Of a stretch of DNA of 64,000 bases, positions 53,232 through 60,708 are shown in pieces. Location: the NCBI GenBank assembly GCA_003162245.1, contig PMMM01000196.1:8900-72899 (forward strand), in the 5' to 3' direction. Position 1 is the first letter of the stretch. Each line of letters begins with the position of its first letter. The DNA comes from Phycisphaerales bacterium. Lineage in GTDB: Bacteria > Planctomycetota > Phycisphaerae > UBA1845 > Fen-1342. The notes below the pieces were generated by a model. That model was not told the DNA's origin. It saw nothing but the letters and a program-made list of their open reading frames with translations, and did not search any database. Both the position numbers and the translations under genes were made by a program.

Positions 53232-54365
53232 CTACTCAGGACTCTTAACTGGACGTGCGATCCAGCCGCCGCCAAGGACGATCTCGCCGTCGTAGAAGAC
53301 CGCGGCTTGGCCAGGCGTTACCGCGGCCTGGGGCTCGGCGAACCGCACGTCTACATGTCCGTCACGATCGGTGCGGATCTCGCCCGGCGCCGCGGTGTGA
53401 TGATACCGAATCTGGACTTGCGCCGCTCGCGGCACACCCGTCGGCGGTGGGTCCGCGAGCCAGTTCACCTGTTCCGCGATCAGGGCAGTGCTCAGCAGCT
53501 CCGCGCGCGGGCCGAGGACGACCGTGTTCGCCGCGGCGTCGAGCCTGGTTACGTACAGCGGCTGGGCGGCCGCGATCCCCAGGCCGTGCCGTTGGCCGAC
53601 GGTGTAATTGACGATGCCGGCGTGCGTGCCGAGCACGCGGCCCCGTGAATCCAGCACGTCACCGGGGCGCTCGGTCTCCGGCCGCCGGGCGCGGACGAGC
53701 TGGGTGTAGTCGTTGTTCGGGACGAAGCAGATTTCCTGGCTTTCCGGCTTGTCATGCACGGGCAACCCGAGGTCGGCGGCGATCCGCCGGACCGTGGCCT
53801 TGTCGGCGATCTCGCCGAGCGGGAAGCGGCAGCGCGGCAGGTTCGGGCGCTGGATGCCAAAGAGGACGTAGGACTGGTCCTTGGCTTGGTTGAGGGCGCG
53901 GGCCAGACGCGGGCCGTCCTGCGCAGGCAGCACACGGGCGTAATGCCCCGTCGCGACGATCTCCGCGCCGATCATGTCCGCGTACGCCAGCAGCTTGCCA
54001 AACTTGAGTTGCGTGTTGCAGACGACGCAGGGGTTCGGCGTGCGGGCGCGGGCGTACTCGTCCACGAAGTACTCGATGATGCGCTCGAACTCGGCGTGGA
54101 AGTCCACGGAATAGAAGGGGATGCCCAGCTTGGCCGCGACGGCCCGCGCGTCGCACGCGTCGCCGGCGGAGCAGCAGCCTTGCTTCAGCCGCGGCAAGGC
54201 GGGTTCGGAGGCGGTCCGCGCAGCGGACCCTACGGCCTCGGCCGCCTCCCCGACCCACATGAACACGCCGACGCAGTCGTAACCCTGCTCCTTGAGCAGG
54301 CAGGCCGCGACGGAGGAATCCACTCCGCCGGACATCGCGACCAGGACCTTGCCGTTGCGGGACAT
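53232..54365 (-). CDS. mnmA: tRNA 2-thiouridine(34) synthase MnmA
   Basis: PP-loop VAMSGGVDSS, conserved CC/GD and CN motifs (QGCCSAGD, CVVCN), and a full-length 377-aa MnmA pattern. Confidence 0.95.
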   Translation of the reverse strand: MSRNGKVLVAMSGGVDSSVAACLLKEQGYDCVGVFMWVGEAAEAVGSAARTASEPALPRLKQGCCSAGDACDARAVAAKLGIPFYSVDFHAEFERIIEYFVDEYARARTPNPCVVCNTQLKFGKLLAYADMIGAEIVATGHYARVLPAQDGPRLARALNQAKDQSYVLFGIQRPNLPRCRFPLGEIADKATVRRIAADLGLPVHDKPESQEICFVPNNDYTQLVRARRPETERPGDVLDSRGRVLGTHAGIVNYTVGQRHGLGIAAAQPLYVTRLDAAANTVVLGPRAELLSTALIAEQVNWLADPPPTGVPRAAQVQIRYHHTAAPGEIRTDRDGHVDVRFAEPQAAVTPGQAAVFYDGEIVLGGGWIARPVKSPE

Positions 54366-54378
54366 GGCTTAATCATAG

Positions 54379-54410
54379 GGATTGAGGGATTGAGGGACAA
54401 AGGGATTGAG
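54379..54410. repeat. Four tandem 8-bp units GGATTGAG (third unit degenerate, GGACAAAG)
   Basis: Read directly: GGATTGAG GGATTGAG GGACAAAG GGATTGAG. It lies 14 nt upstream of the mnmA start codon (on the opposite strand) and downstream of gspE. Confidence 0.7.
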
Positions 54411-54450
54411 GCAGCAGCCACGTCGGGAGCGGCGGTGGTCGGCGGCCGCG

Positions 54451-56130
54451 CTAGACCTTCGTGACGCGCAGCACTTCCTGCGGCGTGGTGTGGCCGGCGC
54501 GGCAGATGCGCCAGCCCTCCTCGCGCATCAGCACCAGGCCTTGCTTGCGGGCGACTTGCAGGATCTGCGAGGCCGATGCCTGGTTGATTACCATCTCACG
54601 CATCTGGTCGTTCATGACGAGCAGCTCATACAACGCGCGTCGGCCGGAGAAGCCCGTGTTGCGGCACTCCTTGCAGCCCTTCCCACGATACAGCACTTCG
54701 CCGCGCTTGTAGCCGAAGTCCGGCGGAAAGAGGTGGGGGTTCTCGGGCACCCATTCCTCTTTGCACCACTTGCAGACGGTCCGCACGAGACGCTGGCCGA
54801 GGACGCCTTCGAGCGAGCTGGCGACGAGGAACGGCTCGACGCCCATGTCGAGCAGACGCGTCGTCGCGGTGACGGCGTCGTTCGTGTGCAACGTGCTGAA
54901 GACCAAGTGGCCGGTGAGCGAGGCGTTGATGGCGACCTCGGCGGTCTCCTTGTCGCGAATCTCGCCCACCAGGATGACGTCCGGGTCGTGCCGCAGGAAG
55001 CTCCGCAGCGCGCGGGCGAAGGTCAGGCCGATCTTGGGGATCACGTGCGTTTGATTGACGCCCTCGAGGTAGTATTCGACCGGGTCCTCAATCGTGAGGA
55101 TCTTCAACTCCGCGCTGACGATCGACAGCAACGCCGCGTAGAGCGTGGTCGTCTTGCCCGAGCCCGTGGGCCCGGTGACGAGCATGATCCCGTGCGGCCG
55201 GGTGATGAGGTCGTGGAACGTGTCGTACGTCGGCCCCTCCATCCCGAGCATGTGCAAATCGAGCTTGACCGACGTGCGGTCCAGGATACGCAGGACGATC
55301 CCCTCGCCGAAGGCCATCGGGATGACGCTGACGCGCAGGTCGATCTCGCGACCGTGGGCCTTGATCTTGAATCCGCCGTCCTGCGGCAGGCGGCGTTCGG
55401 CAATGTTGAGGTTCGAGAGGATTTTGATGCGGCTGATGATGGCGTTCTGGAAGCGGCGGATTTCGGGCGGGACGTTGGCGACCTCGAGCACGCCGTCGAT
55501 GCGGTAGCGGACGCGGAAGTCGTTCTCGAACGGCTCGTAGTGAATGTCGCTGGCCCGCTGGCTGATCGCCTCGCTGAGGATCTCGTTGACGAGCTTGATG
55601 ACCGAGGCTTCCTGGGCGAGCTGAACGTCGAGGTCCTCGGACTCGACCTTCTTCTCGTCGATGATCTCGAGGTCGCCCTTCTCGTCGACCATCTCCTGGA
55701 GCACTTCGCCGCCGACGCCGTAGAACGCGCGGATGAGCTTCTGGATCTCGGTGCGTGGGGCGAGGATGGGCTCGACGGGCATGTTGATGCAGGTGCGGAC
55801 CTCGTCGAGCGCGTACATGTTGTAGGGGTCGGAGGTCGCGATGCGGACGCCCTTGCCGTTCTTCGTGATCGGCATGAGCCCGTAGCGGTGCACCAGCCGG
55901 CTCGGAATCAGCTTGAGCAACTCGCGGTCGATGTCGGCCTCTTTGAGCTCGATCACCGGAATGCGGAGCTGCTCGCTGAAGACGTCGAGCACCGCCCGCT
56001 CCGTGACGTAGCCCTCGCGAATCAGGACCTGGTCCATGCGCTCGCTGGGCGAAGTCCGCTTGGCGGTCGCCTCGGCGAGCTGGTCCGCCGTGATGAGGCC
56101 CTTGGCAACGAGGTCTTCCCCAATCGGCAT
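54451..56130 (-). CDS. gspE: Type II secretion / type IV pilus assembly ATPase (GspE/PilB family)
   Basis: N-terminal T2SSE_N-type repeats (IGEDLVAKGLITADQL...). Walker A GPTGSGKTTT, Asp box, Walker B ILVGEIRD, His box STLHTND, and a tetracysteine cluster CKWC...CKEC. Confidence 0.9.
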   Translation of the reverse strand: MPIGEDLVAKGLITADQLAEATAKRTSPSERMDQVLIREGYVTERAVLDVFSEQLRIPVIELKEADIDRELLKLIPSRLVHRYGLMPITKNGKGVRIATSDPYNMYALDEVRTCINMPVEPILAPRTEIQKLIRAFYGVGGEVLQEMVDEKGDLEIIDEKKVESEDLDVQLAQEASVIKLVNEILSEAISQRASDIHYEPFENDFRVRYRIDGVLEVANVPPEIRRFQNAIISRIKILSNLNIAERRLPQDGGFKIKAHGREIDLRVSVIPMAFGEGIVLRILDRTSVKLDLHMLGMEGPTYDTFHDLITRPHGIMLVTGPTGSGKTTTLYAALLSIVSAELKILTIEDPVEYYLEGVNQTHVIPKIGLTFARALRSFLRHDPDVILVGEIRDKETAEVAINASLTGHLVFSTLHTNDAVTATTRLLDMGVEPFLVASSLEGVLGQRLVRTVCKWCKEEWVPENPHLFPPDFGYKRGEVLYRGKGCKECRNTGFSGRRALYELLVMNDQMREMVINQASASQILQVARKQGLVLMREEGWRICRAGHTTPQEVLRVTKV

Positions 56131-56204
56131 GGCTGTGTCTAACCTTCTCCTGGACAGTAAGTTACGGGCGCACCTTCCGCAGGCGACCTGCCTGCCCGGC
56201 AGTT

Positions 56205-56210
56205 ATTATA
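56205..56210 (-). promoter_or_regulatory. Candidate -10 hexamer (exact TATAAT on the minus strand) for gspE
   Basis: The minus strand reads CGGTATAATAACTG about 70 nt upstream of ATG 56130. AGGAGAAGG is the likely RBS between them. Confidence 0.3.
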
Positions 56211-56329
56211 CCGCCGGGGCGCGGGCGGGATGCGACTCCTATGACAATCATCGGCACGAATTTGCGCCTCCTGTTCTGACCCGGGCCCGCTACCGGCTGC
56301 AACCCCCGGTCATCGTAGTCACGGCGAAA

Positions 56330-56338
56330 TGGTATAAT
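56330..56338 (+). promoter_or_regulatory. Candidate extended -10 promoter element TGGTATAAT for the pseudopilin gene
   Basis: An exact TGnTATAAT lies 83 nt upstream of ATG 56421 in a GC-rich divergent intergenic region. Confidence 0.35.
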
Positions 56339-56420
56339 AGCGACCAAGTGGCACAGGGTTGCGCAGCGCGCGAGCTGGTGCCCGCGGCGCCAACCGTCTC
56401 TGGCCTTTACAGGTGAGTTT

Positions 56421-57509
56421 ATGGCACGCGCAGATTTGAGGGTAGCGCTGCGGTCGACGGTCCGGCCGGCCCGCGGTTTCACGCTGATTGAGCTGCTCAC
56501 GGTCATCGCGATCATCGCTTTGCTCATTGCGATCCTGATGCCCTCGCTGTCGAAAGCACGCGATGCGGCCAAGAACGTCCGCACGCGCGGCACGATGAAG
56601 AGCATCAGCGACGGCCTGGAGCTGTTCGTGGGTGAGAATGAGGACGAATGCCACGGCAACAACTACCCGCCCTCCCACGCCGGCGACGATCCGACCGAGG
56701 AGGACAAGGCCGGTGACGCAAACGTGCTCGGGAATGAGCAGATGTTCGGCTGCCAGTGGCTCGTGCGCTACCTGATGGGCAAGAACCTCGACGGGTACGT
56801 GCCCAAGCGGAGCGTGCCTAAGATCTGGGATGAAACCGTCGGCGGTCCCGCTGGCTGGGGACAAAAGCTGTGGTACGGCAAGCCGGGCGACACCGGCTGG
56901 CCCACCCAACTCACCGAACCCCTGGCGCGGAGCGGCCCCTACATGGGCCAGGCGATCGTTCGCCCGCCGCGCGATCTGGCGGGCTCGCCGGTGGACGATT
57001 CGACCGGCGGGGCCCCGAAATGGGTGAATTGGGTGTTCGTGGACGCCTACAACCTGCCGATCCTCTACTACGCCGCCAACTCGCGCTACGCGGATCGGCC
57101 AAACGCGACGCTCACGACGTGGGACAGCGACCCGAACGCCGGCTGCCCGCCCGGCATCTACACGTGGCGCGACAATGCGCTCTTCACCGGCCTGACGTCC
57201 GAAACCTCGACTTCACGCGACGTTACCATCCCCGCTTGGGACTTCGGCGGCGGCCCGCACAAGCTGACCTTCGGACCGCAGGCGTGGAGGACGGGCGCGA
57301 CCGCCGCAACGTCGCAACATGACGACATCAGGAGCCACACGCAGTCCTTCGCGTACTGGATCATGAACAAGCAGATCTTCGAAACGACCTTCGGCCTTAA
57401 CGGCGCCTCCAAGGCCAATGTCGTGCCGACACGGCGCGACACTTTCCTGCTCTGGAGCCCGGGCAAGGACGGCGTGTTTGGGACCGGCGACGACATAACG
57501 AACTTCTAG
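56421..57509 (+). CDS. Prepilin-type N-terminal cleavage/methylation domain protein, oversized GspG-like pseudopilin
   Basis: RG|FTLIELLTVIAIIALLIAILMPSL prepilin motif and a C-terminal LWSPGKDGVFGTGDDITNF resembling the GspG Ca-binding C-terminus. It is 362 aa. Confidence 0.85.
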   Translation: MARADLRVALRSTVRPARGFTLIELLTVIAIIALLIAILMPSLSKARDAAKNVRTRGTMKSISDGLELFVGENEDECHGNNYPPSHAGDDPTEEDKAGDANVLGNEQMFGCQWLVRYLMGKNLDGYVPKRSVPKIWDETVGGPAGWGQKLWYGKPGDTGWPTQLTEPLARSGPYMGQAIVRPPRDLAGSPVDDSTGGAPKWVNWVFVDAYNLPILYYAANSRYADRPNATLTTWDSDPNAGCPPGIYTWRDNALFTGLTSETSTSRDVTIPAWDFGGGPHKLTFGPQAWRTGATAATSQHDDIRSHTQSFAYWIMNKQIFETTFGLNGASKANVVPTRRDTFLLWSPGKDGVFGTGDDITNF

Positions 57510-57537
57510 GGCGGCTTCAATTAGGGTGCGTCGCCTT

Positions 57538-57589
57538 GGGAGGGCGAGCCTCCCGGCGAACCGCGGCTCGGCAGGAGCTTCGCCCTCCC
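57538..57589. repeat. Long imperfect palindrome (REP-like hairpin / possible terminator)
   Basis: GGGAGGGCGA...TCGCCCTCCC forms a 10-bp perfect stem, extended by ~5 further pairs with one bulge and a 20-nt interior. It lies 28 nt after the pseudopilin stop. There is no T-run. Confidence 0.5.
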
Positions 57590-57794
57590 GACAGCAGGAG
57601 CCTCGTCCTTCCTGTGGCCAAGCCAGACGCGCGCGGGCCTCCGGCCCGTGCGGCGGGGTTGCGGATCGTTTATCCTGTGCGCCCGAGGCTGCGGCCGCCT
57701 AACCGTCGCCGCGGCCGGTTGTCCAAGCTATATGCGAACCCGGGCGGGTGTGCCGCCGGGCCACGGGCTTCTCGGGCTGCAAGAGGTCTACGCC

Positions 57795-59117
57795 ATGCGA
57801 GTACTGCGAATGACGGCTGTGGTAGGGGGGTGGTTGCTCATCGGGCTGGCGTCGGCCGGGGCCCAGGACATCGCCAAGGAGCAGAACAAGCTGCTCGCCA
57901 AGCGGGCGGCCGAGGCCGACGCCTACCGCAAGCTGGCGGAGATCGTGTACGGGCTGCAAATCAACTCGCGGACGTACGTGCGCGATTTCGTGACGGAGTC
58001 CGACGACATCCGCGGCGAGGTCGACAGCTTCATCAAGGGGATTCGCCTCGGCACGCCGACCTGGTACGAGGACGGTTCGTGCGAGGTCCCCGCGGAGGTG
58101 ACGGTCGCGAAGGTCGTCGAGGTTCTGCGCTCTGCGCACGACCGCTACTACAAGGGCGACGACGTCAAGACCAGTGACTTCGAGTCGATCACGAAGCGTA
58201 TCGAGAAGAACGTGATCAAGGTCGTTGGAATGGGCGCGCCGCGCCCGGATCTGCCGCCCGACCTGCCCCAGGGGGCCGTGGAACTCCTCGGTCCGCCGCC
58301 AAGGGAGCTGCCCAAGCCGCCGATCCCGGCGATCTGGGCGAATCTCGGGCCGGAGGCGGCGCGGGCGCGGCTCATGGCCATCCAGGCCGCGCACGTCGAC
58401 GCCCTGCGCAAGCTGGCCGAGCGGCTCAAGGGCCTGCGGCTCACGTCGCGCACGCAAGTCCGCGATTTTGTGACCGAGAGCGACGAGGTCCGCGCCGACA
58501 TGGATGCGTTTCTCAAGGGGGCCGAGGACGTATCGACGTACCTCCATAACGACGAGCTGATTGCCGAGGTCACGCTGCGCGTGCCGACCGAGCAGGTCAT
58601 CACCACGATCAGGTCGCTGCACAGCCGGCGCTACAAGAACAACGACCCGGACGAGACCCGGGGTCACGACATCGAAGAGGTCGTCAAGACCATCGTGAAG
58701 AAGGATTTCGAGGCGACCGGCATGGGCGTCCCGCCGCCGAAGTACATCCAGGCGTACGCCGAGCGGGTCGAGCTCCCCGATTGGGCCGCCGATTACGTCA
58801 AAGCGGACGGCGAGGGCACCGACCCCGCGATCGACACGCCACAGGGCAAGCTCAAGGCCGCGCGGGCCGCGGAGATGGATGCGAAGCGGAAGCTGGCGGA
58901 GCGAATCGCCGGCCTCCGGTTGCGCGGCGATACGACCGTCCGCGATTTCCTGACCGCGCACGACACAGTGGACACGCTCGTGCAGGCGTTCATCGCCAAC
59001 GCCGAGGTGCTCAAGACGGAGATCACCGGCGAGACGGCGCATGTGACGGTCGGCGTGCCCGGGATGCAGGTGTTCGGGGCGATCGACGAGGGGATGCGGC
59101 GGGCGGCGCGGCAATAG
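57795..59117 (+). CDS. Exported protein composed of three ~160-aa repeats of an LPP20/FlgP-like module
   Basis: Signal peptide MRVLRMTAVVGGWLLIGLASAGA. The repeat core RKLAE-x3-GL-x-(I/L)-x-SRT-x-VRDFVTESD occurs at residues 45-72 and 205-232, with a diverged copy at 365-392. The family assignment is by motif resemblance. Confidence 0.6.
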   Translation: MRVLRMTAVVGGWLLIGLASAGAQDIAKEQNKLLAKRAAEADAYRKLAEIVYGLQINSRTYVRDFVTESDDIRGEVDSFIKGIRLGTPTWYEDGSCEVPAEVTVAKVVEVLRSAHDRYYKGDDVKTSDFESITKRIEKNVIKVVGMGAPRPDLPPDLPQGAVELLGPPPRELPKPPIPAIWANLGPEAARARLMAIQAAHVDALRKLAERLKGLRLTSRTQVRDFVTESDEVRADMDAFLKGAEDVSTYLHNDELIAEVTLRVPTEQVITTIRSLHSRRYKNNDPDETRGHDIEEVVKTIVKKDFEATGMGVPPPKYIQAYAERVELPDWAADYVKADGEGTDPAIDTPQGKLKAARAAEMDAKRKLAERIAGLRLRGDTTVRDFLTAHDTVDTLVQAFIANAEVLKTEITGETAHVTVGVPGMQVFGAIDEGMRRAARQ

Positions 59118-59179
59118 GCTGCGACCGCAATTTGGATTTTCGGTTTTCGATTCTCGGTTTTGGATTTGAGGGATCAGTC

Positions 59180-59344
59180 ATGGTCAAGTGGTGCTGCCGA
59201 ATCGGCGTGCTCGTGTGCGTGTTGGCCGGCCTCGTGACGGCCACCGGTTGTCACAAACGCACGCATCGCGAAGTACAGGTCCACGAGGAAACGCACGAGG
59301 GCCAGGTGCACGAAGCCCCGCGCGGCGAAATGGTCCCGGAGTAG
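59180..59344 (+). CDS. 54-aa His/Glu-rich lipoprotein candidate
   Basis: ATG 59180. MVKWCCRIGVLVCVLAGLVTATGC has a hydrophobic core plus a lipobox-like A-T-G-C. The mature part is HKRTHREVQVHEETHEGQVHEAP. It sits 11 nt before the next gene. Confidence 0.45.
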   Translation: MVKWCCRIGVLVCVLAGLVTATGCHKRTHREVQVHEETHEGQVHEAPRGEMVPE

Positions 59345-59355
59345 CAGCCCCGCCT

Positions 59356-60708
59356 ATGAGATCGTTGCGTTTCGCATGGCCGGCCGCGGCACTCCCGCTC
59401 CTGGCGGCGCTTTTCGGCATCTTCGCCGCACACGCGGCACCGCCGAGCAGCGCGCCGGCCGCCCCCACGGCTGCGCAGCGCAAAACGCTCGAGTTGCTGG
59501 CACTCGGCAAGGCGCGCACGGAAGCGCTCCAGCGCATACGTGCGTTGCCGCTCACGCGTGAGGCTGGCGTCGGCGATTGGGTGACGGGCAGCGTTGAGCT
59601 GGACCGCGCCCTGCGGCTTTGGGTGCGCAATCGGCCGGCGGAGGGCCAGTTGCGCCAGTATTCCGATGCGGTCTGCGAGGTCGACGTCGCCATTTCGCCG
59701 GACGACCTGCGCGACCAGTTGCTACGGCTGCTGGATGAGTTCGGCGCCGCGGCCGGTGTGCGCGGGGTGGACGCGGCGGCGATTCAGGCAGCAGCGAAAC
59801 GCTGGCCGATGGTGTGGACGACCGGCAGCGCCGCCCTCGCCGAGCATCCGGTCACGGACCGGCCGCCCGGGTGGGAGGATGTCACGAGCACGGGCCTGGA
59901 CTTGGCACGACAGGCCGCCGAGGCCGACGCGTATCACGCGCTGCTCGATGAGGCGGGGCGGTTGAAGGTCACCGCGGCGCGGCGATTGCGGGAGTTTTTC
60001 GACATCAGCGACGCCGTCCGCAACGCGGTGTACGACGGCGTGCGTAAGGAAAGCAAGACCAGCACGCAGTTCGAGCCGGACCAGATTGCCGTCGCCACCG
60101 TGCGGATCGGCATCAAGGATCTGATGCGCATCGTGACGAAGGCCCACGACGACCAGTACCGCGGGGAGGACTTCACCGCGGCCGATTTTCGCGAGATGGT
60201 GCTCCTGGCCGGGCGGGACGAACTGAGCGCGACCGGGCTCGCCCCGCCGCCGGAGCGTACGATCCTGCGGAACCGCTACACGCCGATCGAGCTTGATGCG
60301 CCGGCGTGGGCCGGCGACACGCGAATGGCCGTTGGCCACTTCGAGCCGGTGGAGGGGCAGTCGCCGGATGCGGCGACGCAGTACCAGGCCGCGCGCCTGG
60401 ACGCGCTCGACCAATTGCGGCGGAAGGTCGAGGCGCTGGTGATCCAGCAGAACGTCAGCGTCGCGGAATTCGTCGGTTACCATCAGGACCTGAAGGACGA
60501 CGTCGTGCTGTTCCTCAGCGGGGCGCGCGTGATTCGCCGCCAGGTCCGCCCGGACGGTGGGGCGGAGGTCGAAGTGGAGCTGCCGCTGCGGCGGCTGTGG
60601 GAAATCGTGCGGCGGGATATGAAGCTCGAGGAAGTCGAGCCGGCTGAGACCGCGACCGGGCCGGCCAGCCCCGCAACGCTGCCCGCCCCGCAGAAGGAGA
60701 ATCCATGA
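59356..60708 (+). CDS. Exported paralogue with three diverged LPP20/FlgP-like modules
   Basis: Signal peptide MRSLRFAWPAAALPLLAALFGIFAAHA. Modules start near ARQAAEADAYHALLDEAGRLKV and AARLDALDQLRRKVEALVI. It ends in an ATGA overlap with the next gene. Confidence 0.55.
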   Translation: MRSLRFAWPAAALPLLAALFGIFAAHAAPPSSAPAAPTAAQRKTLELLALGKARTEALQRIRALPLTREAGVGDWVTGSVELDRALRLWVRNRPAEGQLRQYSDAVCEVDVAISPDDLRDQLLRLLDEFGAAAGVRGVDAAAIQAAAKRWPMVWTTGSAALAEHPVTDRPPGWEDVTSTGLDLARQAAEADAYHALLDEAGRLKVTAARRLREFFDISDAVRNAVYDGVRKESKTSTQFEPDQIAVATVRIGIKDLMRIVTKAHDDQYRGEDFTAADFREMVLLAGRDELSATGLAPPPERTILRNRYTPIELDAPAWAGDTRMAVGHFEPVEGQSPDAATQYQAARLDALDQLRRKVEALVIQQNVSVAEFVGYHQDLKDDVVLFLSGARVIRRQVRPDGGAEVEVELPLRRLWEIVRRDMKLEEVEPAETATGPASPATLPAPQKENP

